From the NCBI GenBank assembly GCA_018398765.1, contig JAHBMJ010000483.1, forward strand, positions 1-46,675: 46,675 nt of DNA, given 5' to 3'. This document shows positions 33,934 to 45,696 of this stretch, in pieces. Position numbers and translations under genes: made by a program. Source of the DNA: Chromera velia (lineage: Eukaryota). The notes under the pieces are model-generated. The model was not told the DNA's origin, searched no databases, and saw nothing but the letters and a program-made list of their open reading frames with translations. How positions within the stretch are numbered: the first letter of the stretch is position 1; each line of letters opens with the position of its first letter.

Positions 33934-36027
33934 GCTCCCCGCTCTCCTGCTTTTTCTTTCTCTTCCCTTTCTCTTGTTCGATGGTCAATTGACAGGACTG
34001 ATCACAGTAAGACGTCAGAAGGATGGCAATTACGCAGAGCTGCGACCGTCGTGGGTGCGTTGTCAGCGCGGACGGGACGCCTCGCTGGACGACTTAGACA
34101 TACAGAATAGTCAGGAAAACAGTCAGTATCGGGAGGGTTAGAAGATACGGGAACGATTCCGGAAAAGAATTGGAGTTTTTGCTGTATCCTTTTCTCTAAC
34201 TACTGTCTTTCTACTCCCTCCCCCTCCTAATGATTTTTCACTACCGCTTCTTTTCCTTGCTTTGGGTTTCTTTCCTCCCCCCCGCCTTTCCAGCCTCCTT
34301 CGCTCTTTACATCTTTCTCTATTATTTCTATTTATTGTTTTTTCCCCTTCTTTCTGGATTCTTGTGTACGTGCGCATCTCTAACTCTTTTGTCACATCTG
34401 TTTTTCTGTCTGTGCTTTCTTTCTGTATATTAGTATTCCTTACTGTCTCCCTTCTTTCTCCCACCTTCCCCTCTCTCTTTTTGTTTGTCTGTCTATCTTT
34501 GTCTCTATCTCTTTCACCCTCTCTCTCTTTCCCTCCCTCCCATGTTCTTCTCCCTTGTATCTTTCTCTATTCTTTTTCTCTTCCTCTTTCTGGATGCCTG
34601 TGTGCATGTCTTTATCCCTTTTTGAATCGTCTCGCTTATCTTTCTGTCTACGCTTTCTTTCCGTGTATTAGGCTCCTCGTCTGTCTTCCTTCTCTCTAGC
34701 CATCTTTCCCCCCCCTCTACCTGTCTGCCTGTCTGTCTCTCTCTCTCTTTTTCTGTTTTCCATATTCCCGAGCCTTTTGGGGGTCCAGGAGTTTGATTGG
34801 TACTGTTGGACCCCCCTCCCAAGATAGGCACCAAACAAAGAGGTCTAAACATCGACCAATGGCATTAAGACCGGAACAAGGAGTGGACTTCTTCCGATGT
34901 GTCTCCTTCCTTTACTAACTAAATGCAACCAAGGGTTTTGTATATATCCCCTCTCCCCCTTCCCTCCCGTCACACCCCCACCTTAATTACTAGCTCCTCG
35001 GCATTTCTCAATATTGACTGAGGGGTGGACAGCGAACAGCTTGTCCTCTCCTGCTCAGCCCCGACACCGAAAAAGAAGACGAACAAAAAGCGTTCTCTCT
35101 TGTTCAACCCCGACACCAAAAGGAAGACGGACCACAATGTCGGCTTGCATGGGAGGTGATGCAATCTCCACCCTTTCACTGCACTTTTCTCTTCTCTTCA
35201 TACTGAACGAGACAGAACGAAATCTGTCAAAGTAACAGCTTATCCATCCTCCACCTCGTCCACTAGTCCAAATGAGACCGGACCTCTTCCTCTTGTCGTG
35301 AACGAGCAACTTCGGAGGAACTTCCAAGCGTTAAACAGGTAGCAATGATTTACTTGTTTTTTCGCTTTTAAAGGTGTATGCATATTCGCACAGAGTCTTT
35401 ACATTGAGATTTTGTGGCCCCGTAAAGTGTGGGAATTTGGGGGGCTCTTTCAATAAGCCGATCGTACCAGAATTATAAATGTGTCGATCAGACTGAAAAA
35501 GATACTCCCTGGCACCATTTCCATCCATTTTCTTCCTCTCTTCCCTCCACCTTTTCCTCGATTCGAAGAGCTCCAGTTCCATTTCCACGCAATTTCATGA
35601 CTCCTCACCCATACCGGATGGCGTATTGATAACAGAATCCTGACTCTGTGACGGTGGGATCGGATATGGTGAGAGAGTCAGCAGAAAGGCAGGTAGAGAG
35701 GGCTTCGGTTTCTTTGGAATCCGTCTTCTAGAGTTTCTGGGTCTTTGGGTTGCTTTTAGGTCATTTCTTGTCCGTTGCTGTGGTCGCCGTCGCAGTACAT
35801 CCATTTACAGGCTCTGTAGCGATTCTTCTTGATAGCATATTCCATGCAGCGTATGCTCTGAGTCGCTTGTTTGCAATTCGCATGACTTCCCGAAGCGCCT
35901 ATCTAATCCTCATTCTGTCTCAGATTCGTCGTTCTTCTGTTCCGTCCCGCACGCGCAAGGGAAGGGCGGCAATTCTTGGACAGTTCTTTATTTCAAACGG
36001 ATTTGACTTCTTTTCTTGCCCCCGGCG

Positions 36028-38783
36028 ATGGGGAAAGACTCGACAAGAAAGGCGAAGGAAGCAAAGCGCAGCCTTCCCGCTGCCAACCAAGTGACTGTCG
36101 CGCCAGAACACTGTTAGGATAACCGAGTCAATTGCATCATCCTGGACTGGGATGACACTCTTTGTCCCTCGTGGTGGATGACGTGCAACTTGGGGGTCTC
36201 CAAAGGTTTCCTAATGGAATTGGTGAACCGCAAAAAGTCAGTAGACCGGCTCAGAAACACGGTGAGTTCCTTGCAAGAAAGGGCCTCAAAACATCGGGAC
36301 AGTGCATGTAGATGCGCTTGGTGATGATTCCACACAGAGAAAGGACCTTCTTATTCCGAATCCCTACCTGTGTACATCTCTCCTTCACTTCACATACTTT
36401 TCCTTCTCATACGTACATACGCAGACAATGTCATGCATTTGCGCACCCTGCATTTCCTCAATCGCATACGGATGTACACATCAATACACACATGTCGTGT
36501 GCATTCAATTGCAGATGCCCGAGAGAATATCAGAGCTTCAGGAGAGGTTTTTCATTGAGGCGGATTTCAACCTGAAGGCACAGAAAAGAGGCTCCGCTGT
36601 CCTTGTGTTTCCGGAAGGTCAACGCGACCAGCTGAGAGAGCTGCAGCATTCGGCAACGGACACGCTGGAGGCCGCTCTGGCAGCCGTGAGGGGGAACGCC
36701 AAGGATGTAGTCATCATCACGAATGCGAAGGAACAATGGAGGGAGACGACGGCCCGTCTACTGCTTCCTCAGTTGTATGCGTTCATACAAAAGAGGAAGA
36801 TCAAGGTCATCTCTGCATGGGATGAGTATGAGGCCTTACTGAGAAGCACCAAGGTGAGATCTTTTTTGTCATACGACTCCATTTTCTTGATTTAATTTGG
36901 TGGTCTTGCTCTCCTTTGCACTCGGAGGCTGAGTTCTGTGGAGTCGCTGAGGATGCGAGGAGAGTATACGTGAGGTTTGCCTGTGTGTGAGATGGAGGAA
37001 GAGATGTCATCTGTCTGTCCTGGCACCATCTGTCTGCGTGTACACCCATTGTTTGGTTGGTTGGAAGGTTCTCTTGTCATTTGAACGACCTGAGTGGGAT
37101 TGAAGTGACGACTCAAAGATTGTATTCCATGCGCATGTGTGCAGTACCGCGAGGTTGTCAAAAAAACTGTGGAAAGTCTGCTGTTGCAACTAGGAGCGGA
37201 TCACAGACCTAGATATAAGGTCAGACTGATGACTGGATGGTCCTTTGTCTTCATTTGACGTTTTCCCCTTTTTGTTCTCAGTTAGTGTGACTGTGCCCCG
37301 GGTGGCTCACACATTCTCAATGAAGTTAAAGAAAGCTGGCTGTGTATCGTCTTTCGCTCCCATCCATGCAAACAGCAAAATCCGATGTGTTTCTACCTCG
37401 TTTCTCCATTTGTCCTTCCAAAAATTGTATTTGCACAGACAGTGTAGAGAAGCAAGAGCACAATATAGCTGACAATAAATTCATTGTTTTTCTTGCATAA
37501 TGCGAGTGCCGTCTCGCTGATGATGAATACAGCCCGTGGCCTTCGCAAAATGGCTGCACGATCGTGAAGGGGACAGAGGTAGAGAGGTGTCATCGGCTTC
37601 AGGAGCTCTTCAAGTTAGTTGCCTCTGCCTGAACGTGCTGTCAGTTGGAGACTCACTCGGAGATGCAGAGGCCCTGAGAGCAGTCGCGAGGTCAGTCAGC
37701 AAATGCACGCAAAGAAAAAGAGGGAGGAATAGTCAGAGGGCTCATCCCATCCATACAAAGCTGCAGAATGAAAAACATTAGTAGAGAAGCAGAATGAAAA
37801 AGATTAGTAGAGAAGGAGAGAGGGAGTCTATCCAAAGAACATGCACGCGAAGAGGTTCTCTTGGGAACGAAGGACCATTTCTAGTCCTCTCACGTATATG
37901 CACACTGCACATGGCCCCAGGGCCTTTGCATCCCTCTCCCCTTCCTTGACTCTGATTGTCTCCTACCCTCACATCTCCCTGTCTGTCCTCACCCTCTTCT
38001 TACCTTCATTTTCTATCCCCCCAATCCTTTGCATATCTTTCCTTGCCCTTTAGAGATTGCCACTCTTGGTTCTCCTGTGGGTATGTGAAGACGCTGAAGC
38101 TCAAAGACAGACCCTCAATCGAGGAGCTCACCGACCAACTCAAGCACTTGCCCACCGCCCTGCCCACGATCATGAGAGAGGAGTTCTCCCTCTCACCCAC
38201 AGTTTCCCTGGACGTCATCCAAGCTGTCCGACAGAGAAGAGAGGGAGTCCGTATTTTTGAGTGGAAGACGAACGTCACCCCCCCCTACTTCATCTCCAGC
38301 GGCACGGAGCAAGCTCCTGTCCTTTTCCCCTCCATACACCCACTGCCAGAAAAGGCTTCTTCGACTGATTCGGTCAACACGTCTGCAGGGGGTGTCATTG
38401 AAGGCCAGGCATCAGGGACAGCTGGTGGCGATGGATCGCACAAGAAGACAGTGAAGGAGAGGGGAAAGAAGAAGAAGGCCGGTAAGAACATTGACGAACA
38501 CAAGACCAAACTCACGAAAAGTGGGCAGAACATTGGCACGGACAAGACCACAAAATTATCAAGCCCTCCCGACTCGGAGGGCACCCGACAAGGTTGTCCC
38601 ACTGTATCGGACTCCCCCTCTCTGCGGAACGCTTCTGCACGTTTTGTCGGCACTTCCTCCTCAGCTTCTGCCTCTGCCTCCTCGAGCGCTTCCGCTGGAT
38701 GGGTTGCGAGGGGACCCGCACAGATGGAAGACAAAGACGAGGAACTCTCAGGAGACGTTGAGGTTCCTGAACCTCGTCTTTGA
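36028..38783 (+). CDS. HAD-superfamily-like protein (DWDDTL type), 5 exons, with an in-frame TAG at 36115-36117
   Basis: Exons 36028-36261, 36515-36853, 37145-37219, 37533-37690, 38054-38783 (GT-AG, phases consistent). Motif I IILDWDDTLCP, motif II VIITNA, KVISAW, motif IV NVLSVGDS, KTLKLKDRPSIEELTDQL. Confidence 0.8.
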
Positions 38784-40481
38784 GTGCATACATAGGCCGG
38801 CGGCGCATGCATTGACTTCATAGTTGCATGCTGTGCATGAATGTGTACGTCGTGACTTATGGGTGCAAAGGGAACCTGAGCGTGTGCATTGATTGAAGGA
38901 AAGATCCCGTCGACGTTGTCGTCTACGTTTTCATTGACACCATGCTGATTGACTGTCATCTTTCTCTCCGTATTTCTTTCGGAGAGGGTGGGGGGGAATC
39001 GACCAAGAAACAGAGGAACCGAGAGGAAGAATTCAGGAGGATCTGAAGCAAGGGGAGCACGAAATGTGGGGGTGCGTGGAAGTGGGTTGACAATGGCATT
39101 CGTGGGGGGGCGCGGAGCAGTCCCTACTCAGGTGGCAGCTCTCTTATCCCCTCGAGTTTCGTCGTCCCTCCAGTTAACGGCAATGCCGTGAAGACTGACG
39201 GCCGTTCGGAAGTACATCGAGAATGCTGTGAGGAAGAAGGCAATCAAGGTTGCGGAGTTGGAAAGGAAGGAGAGGAGAAGCACGCAAAGAAGGGGGCCTG
39301 GGGAAAGGGCATGCATGAGGGGACAGCAAAAAGCAGAAGGGTGTGAAGGAGGTTCAGGACGTGACTGAAGAGGCAAAGGAGGTGAAGAAAGAGGAGAGGG
39401 GAGAAGTAGAGGTCGAAGTCGAGATCGAGATGAAAGATCTTAGTGGGTGAATTGTGCAGTCACTGTGGAGGGAGACACACGGAAGTAAAGTGAGTGGAGT
39501 GGTTGTCTTGAGTAAAGAAGTGTTGAACAATGGACTGTCAGTAAAGAAAAACAGGATTGAGGCCCATTGGAGGGAAGGCGGTCAGCAGCATCGGTGTCTT
39601 CGGCAAGTCAAGAAGGGGATGAAAGGGGAGTGAAAGAATGCATGAAGGGAAATGGGGGTCAGGTGGGAGGGGTTGGGAGGGAGGGGGCTTCAATTGAAGT
39701 GGGACTGGCGACTTTGGACGTGTACAGCGGAAGAGCAAGGTCTTCTGTCCGAGTCGTGAGTGGTCCTGCTGAGGTCCCCTTCTTTCATGCCGACTATGTT
39801 TTCTGTTTTATGCAGCCATAGAAGATATGTTCTTTTTCTCTGTATTACCCTTTCTCTTACTCTCTTCTTCCAGACAGTAGACAAAGCTCTTTCCTTTCGG
39901 CATTTTGAGGAGGAGCAGAAGGAAAGAAGACACAAGCAGGCGGGAGGGGCACTTTTGTCTGCGAAAGGAGGGGCTCCTCACTCTTTTGTTCCAGTGCGGC
40001 AGCAGAAAAATAAAAAGAGAGAGGAGAAATATTGATGCAGAAAAGATCCGTTTTTTAGGGAACAGATTTATGTACTAGTACTCTCACCTTTCTCTCTTTC
40101 TCTGAAAAAAACTGTGGTCGATCGTTCTTTTCTTCCCTGAATTGAGTCTCTCACCAACAGAGTGAGTCTCTATCGTGTTCCCATCACGTGGGAAGTCTCT
40201 TTTCTATGTTTCTACCGGCCGGCCTGTCTGTCTACATGCAAGCATTTGTCTCACTGCATGTCGAGGGTATCGAAAACAAAACAATGAAAATGAACTTGCG
40301 CACAGTGACTTCCTTTTCCGTCTTTTTTCTCTCTGTGTTTCCCTGAAGAAAGTCGCTTTTTCATTCTCACTTTTCTCTTCTATGCCTCTTGCGTGTCTCT
40401 TTGCGGTACTGGCTTCGAACCATTCTTCGTCAGTGTCACTTCACCTGCAACAAGCCGAGTTTGAGACGGGTGGGACATGGA

Positions 40482-41510
40482 GAGTGGGTGAGTGAGTGAG
40501 TGAGGGTACGCGCTCATGCATTAGTGAGTGCATGCGTGAGTGAGGGTACGCGCTCATGCATTAGTGAGTGCGTGAGTGAGTGAGTGTAGGCGTTCATGCA
40601 TTGGTGAGTGCGTGCGTGAGTGAGTGTACGCGCTCATGTATTTGTGAGTGCGTGCGTGCATGAGTGTACGCGCTCATGCATTTGTGAGTGCGTGAGTGAG
40701 TGAGTGTATGCGCTCATGCATTGGTGAGTGCGTGCGTGAGTGAGGGTACGCGCTCATGCGTTTATGAGTGCGTGAGTGAGTGAGTGTACGCGCTCATGAA
40801 TTTGTGAGTGCGTGCGTGAGTGAGTGAGTGTACGCGCTCGTGCATTGGTGAGTGCGTGTGTGAGTGAGCGGGTGCTCTCATGCATTTGTGAGTGCGTGCG
40901 TGAGTGAGGGTATGCGCTCATGCATTAGTGAGTGAGTGAGTGCGTGCGTGAGTGAGTGTACGCGTTCATGCATTTATGGGTGCGTGAGTGAGTGAGTGTA
41001 CGCGTTCATGCATTTGTGAGTGCGTGCGTGAGTGAGTGTACGCGCTCGTGCATTGGTGAGTGCGTACGTGAGTGAGTGGGTGCCCTCATGCATTAGTGAG
41101 TGCGTGCGTGAGTGAGGGTACACGCTCATGCATTAGTGATTGCATGCGTGAATGAGTGTACGCGCTTGTGCATTGGTGAGTGCGTGCGTGAGTGAGTGGG
41201 TGCCCTCATGCATTAGTGAGTGCGTGCGTGAGGGTACGCGCTCATGTATTAGTGAGTGCGTGCATGAGTGAGTGTACGCGTTCATGCATTGGTGCATGCG
41301 TGAATGAGTGAGTGAGTGAGTGTACGCGTTCATGCATTGGTGAGTGCTTGAGTGCACGAGTGAGTGAGTGTATGCGCTCATGCATTGGTGAGTGCGTGAA
41401 TGAGTGAGTGAGTGTAGGCGTTCATGCATTATTGAATACGTGCGTGAGTGCAGTGGGTGCGTGCATGATTGATGGCACGTCTGCATGACTGAGTGCGTTC
41501 GTGAGTGAAT
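40482..41510. repeat. Degenerate minisatellite, ~36-44-bp units built on GTGA/GCGT tetramers
   Basis: Recurrent unit gtgagtgagtgtacgcgctcatgcattggtgagtgcgtgc, more than 20 imperfect copies. Confidence 0.9.
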
Positions 41511-42123
41511 TGAATTTCCTTGGTGAGGGAGGGCAGGCGAGCACGCGGGCCGGCAGGAGAGGAGGTTGGAAAGAGATGCGAGGGAATGGGTGGGCGTATG
41601 GGAAAATGGTCGACGTTTAAAGGGGGAAATTTAAAAAGGCAACTCTTCAGAATTCCGTTATCCTGTCTCTATGTCTGTCTCGTTCGTTCCCATTCTGTCA
41701 AGAGAAGTACATTGAAAGCCCTTCAACTTCTGGTGCAGATAAGACTGTTTGTCTCTTTAATTTGTCTTTTGCACACAGAATTCCAGGGAAGGGGGGGGGT
41801 TCCAACGGACCGGTTTCTCGTTTTTGTCACAATGGTTTCTCTCTTCTCTGTCTTATACCACTTGTATGCCACTTGCATGTCTCTAACATGCATACTTCGA
41901 TCTTTGTGCGTAGAAGTCTTTCTGAGGATACGAATTTCCGCGCTGATTGAAAATGAAGGCATGCCAACCTCCTTTTGGCATATGTTCTTCTCTTTTGTTT
42001 GGTGTGGAATAAATCTTTTGTTTGAAATTAATATTGATGCTGCTTGATTATATTGTTTTATATGAGGACTATAAATACCATTAATATCAATTTCTAACTT
42101 ATTATGATACTCTGCAGGTAGTT

Positions 42124-42425
42124 GGGATTTTACACGATTTTAGGCTGGGTTTTTATGGAATTTTAGCAGATTTTATGGGATTTTAACAAGGATTTTAGCG
42201 GATTTTATGGGATTTTGGCTGAGAATCTAGCGAACTATTAAGCTGTAAGATTTTAAATTTGTCAATTCGTCAAAAATCTAGGTAAAATTCTAGGTAAAAT
42301 CCCATAAAATCTGCTAAAAATTGCCTGAAATCTTATAAAATGTGCTAAGATTTTAAATTTTTAAATTCGGTAGATTGCTAGTCAAAATCCGCTAAAGTAC
42401 TAGCTAAAATCCCATAAAATCTTAG
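42124..42425. mobile_element. Foldback/MITE-like element made of short subrepeats in inverted orientation
   Basis: Left half has gattttatgg/gattttagcg repeats; right half has their complements (cccataaaatc, gctaaaatc). No TSD identified. Confidence 0.55.
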
Positions 42426-42634
42426 CCTTTTTTTTTTATTTTTGAATAAGGAAGTGTATTTGACTAAAATCCTGGATAGGATAGGAGAGGATAACATTAA
42501 TGTCTGGAGGATTGGCCTCCTGCCCCAATGCCGAGCGCTCGACGTGCGGCGTCTAGGAAAAGCACATACACGCGTCGGACCTTCCTGGCCGGCCCGCACA
42601 GGCCAAAAAGACCTGTGCCGCAAACTGTTTATGT

Positions 42635-44660
42635 GATAATCAATCAATTACTATCAATCGCATGCGAAAGACTGCAATCAATCAACTCTCACTGACGATG
42701 CTGTGGCCCACCGATCGACCCGGCGGAGCTCAAACAGGCTTCAAACGGAGGGATCTCAAAATAAACGGTCGATCGATTAGAGGCCAATCTCATTACTTCC
42801 CAGTCACTCAACCCTTTGGTTGCTCCCTCTTCCTTTGCTTGCTTTATTTGCTGTCATGTTGCTGAATACTCTGCCTGTCTTTTGTTTCTTTCCTTTTCAT
42901 TTGACCAAAGGATTTGGTGGGCTTGGTCTAGCTGGATGCTTGATACATCTTACAGGCTGCATGCATTTCTCTTGCGGCATTCCTTTACGGCAGCTCGTTT
43001 TGTGACAACATCCTTCAAAAACTTGTCGACGCTTCCATCTGTCTTACTTAAAAGAAAAGAAAACAAGGCAAGCCTTTCTGTCTTCTTGTTTGTCCCCTCT
43101 CCCTATTTTGGCTTTCCTGCTGCTTTTTCCCCCCTTTCTTCATTCCATGTGTCTGAAAGAGCCTGCAAGCAAACAGCCCTCTCAGCATTATGCAAGGGAC
43201 ACTCGGTCAGAACGTGCACTTCCTCTTCAACTACCTGAATACCAAGAAGATCAGAGCAAACAATGCATTTTCTGTCGTGCAGCGGGGTCCCCCTCCCTCC
43301 ATCAAAAGAGAATTTCCCCTTATTGACCTCAAGGCTCCTCTCTCCCACCCTGAATGCTGCTCTTCTTCTGTGGACTGACCAGGGTGCAACCTTTCTGTAG
43401 CACACAGGGGTCCGCCCGATGCTTTCTCTCTCAATTGAGACACCGTTTTCTCTGTTTCTTTCATCTGTCTGTTTGCTGTGCAGCCACAAGTTCAAGCGGT
43501 TTCCGTTTGATATTACAGTGTGAATCAGATGTATCAGTGATCTTTCTTGCAGTTCTTTTCTCTCATTTTCTTTTCTCTTTTACATTGCGCTCTCTATTCT
43601 TTCCGCAAAGACTTCGTTCTTTCTTTTTGCCACCGATTCTCTCTGTAGTGCGCTAACCCATCTTACTATCTGGTCTCTCTGTTCAAATGCCGGCTGTCTT
43701 CCTGCTGCTTCTGGCTCTTTCCTGATATAAAAAGGGTTGCTTCGTCTGTATGGAAAAAGAGTTTGAGCACATTTCTTCAGATGAGGAAAAAAGTGAAAAG
43801 GATGTTGTCTTCCCCCCTTCAAATCACTGTCCACCCCCTCCTGAATTGACTTGGTAAGCGCATGGCCTATTGGTGTATTTCTTGCTTTCTTCAGAACTTT
43901 CTGTGCCCACAACAGCGTTCTCTGAGCTACAACTAAGTCAATGGGGAGCAAGCCTGCCTCCAAAAAGGTTGTGTGTATGCTTTCTTTCTTTCTCAACTAG
44001 AAAACTCATCGAATGAACCTCCTCTGCAATCGATTGAAGTCTGCAAAAGACTTCTGCGAATGTGAATGCACTTCACAGCTATACAGCCATACGGCACACA
44101 CTGTTTGTTTGAACCAATGGAAGCAAGTGGCTGGAAGAATCTCTCCTGCTGATGTGATCTTACTTTTCAGCGCAAAAAAGAGTCTTTCTGCTTTCACTGT
44201 TCTTTCTCTCATCATTGCATCTACTAAGCAATCTTTTGTCAACAACAAACCAAGATATGGGTATTCCTTTGCCTGCTCTAACTCTTTCCCTCCCAAAATA
44301 AAAGATTCCTTTCTTCTCCTTTCCTTTTCTAACCGGCAGAACTTGACAAACCTTGATTTGTCTGATAAAAGAAGTCTGAGGGGCTCTACGTATTCCTCGA
44401 GAGCTCTCAGCAATCTTTCCATCTCCCTTGCCTCCACTGACTTCAGGTAGGTGTCATCTGCGAAGAGGCCGACGGGGAAGTCTTCCTCCAACCCGTCTGC
44501 GTCTCTCTGGAGTTTTGGCCCCCTCCCTGTCAGCCTTGCTCTCTTCTTAATCTCTTTTGGCATGTTATTAATATATGCAGAAAATAAAGAAGGACCGGCC
44601 GGCCCGCCTTGCTGCAAAATTCTAACTACATGCAGGGTAAGGCAAGATGAGACAGCCTCT
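42635..44660 (-). mobile_element. 5'-truncated non-LTR retrotransposon (LINE) ORF2: RT C-terminal half plus CCHC motif; inactivated by stops
   Basis: QQGGPAGPSLFSAYIN, LFADD and YPYLG (RT motifs), then CIVC...EEEVHVLTEC zinc knuckle. ORFs 44006..44617, 43580..43996 and 43103..43495 share one frame. (GATT)n-like tail near 42635-42685. Confidence 0.92.
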
Positions 44661-45696
44661 TATATAAAAAATATTTTTAATTTGCTAGTCAATTTGTCCC
44701 CCCTTATATGAATCGAAATCCCCTTATGCAATGTTTTTTTTTTTTAAAAAATACAATATGTTGCTTACTACCCTAGTTTCATGATTAAGTGACTCAATTT
44801 TTAAGTGTGCTTATCAGTATTTCTTCACGTTTCAAGTTTTAGTTCTTCATATGCCTTATAAATAAAACAATTAATTCGTTTAATATATAGAGATAGGCTC
44901 TGCAGAGCAGACCAAATCACCCCTTCTTTGAATGTTTGAAGCCTTGAGCAAAAAGTTTTTTTTTATCTACATAAACTTTTCCATGTGTGGTTTATGGACG
45001 GTAATGGATCGTAATGGACGGTTTGCGCCTCAATGTAGGTTTAACAGTTTGTAATATAATATAATATGGTGAACTTTGATCGGAGTACGCTTGTGCGCCG
45101 GGTACGCTAATTAAACTGTCATGGCCATGCAGTCCCCCTACTACTCCCTACTAATATGCATGATTAGTATTGGTCTGTTTTATAGCGTTATTAGACGTTA
45201 TCTAGTGAGGTCGTGCATAAACAAAAAACCCACACAAGCATGTAGACTTGCGTTATAGATCGTTATAGGCCCGCGGGAAAAACAGGCCTAAACGCCATCA
45301 AAACGCTCCATATATGCAGCGGCATTAATTGATAGGGTACACATGCAGCTTTCCATCGCGCGCGGCGGCGGCGCGCAATTCGCATGCATGCATATATGCA
45401 TGCACCTTATAATTAATTCTTTCTTTAATTGTTTCCATCTTGGCAGTGCATGATCATCTGAGTACTTGATACTCCATCACATCTCGCTTTATCGGATCGA
45501 CATTCAAGCGCGTTCCACGAGCCGTGTTCTGCAACGTGAACGAGAGTTTCTTCTAGCTCCAAATCCGTTTCTCGCCTTTTCTGCTGCTGCAGAGAACTGT
45601 TTCCTTGACAAGCTCTCGTCTGAGAGGGTCAAAGAATAAGCAGTCAGCCGGCACATTCTACGTTTACACAGCGCCGATTTTGTGTCAGGCACTGCC

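Noticed and set aside
33641..34699. ORFs of VC/HT repeats and Leu/Phe/Ser-rich ORFs
   Set aside because: They are artefacts of microsatellite and pyrimidine-rich low-complexity DNA.
2704..38783. Genome-wide UAA/UAG=Gln code, suggested by in-frame UAR stops and TGA ends of the host genes
   Set aside because: The 578-codon and ~1780-codon genes use CAA/CAG with no internal TAA/TAG, and decayed frames also contain TGA. Mutation fits better; occasional readthrough is not excluded.
38949..39821. Purine-rich, coding-looking stretch after the HAD gene
   Set aside because: No consistent frame, splice model or recognisable motif; it may be a UTR or a relic.
42854..44008. Selenocysteine or programmed readthrough in the LINE
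   Set aside because: All three stop types occur, the element is 5'-truncated, and the TGAs are not at Cys-like positions.
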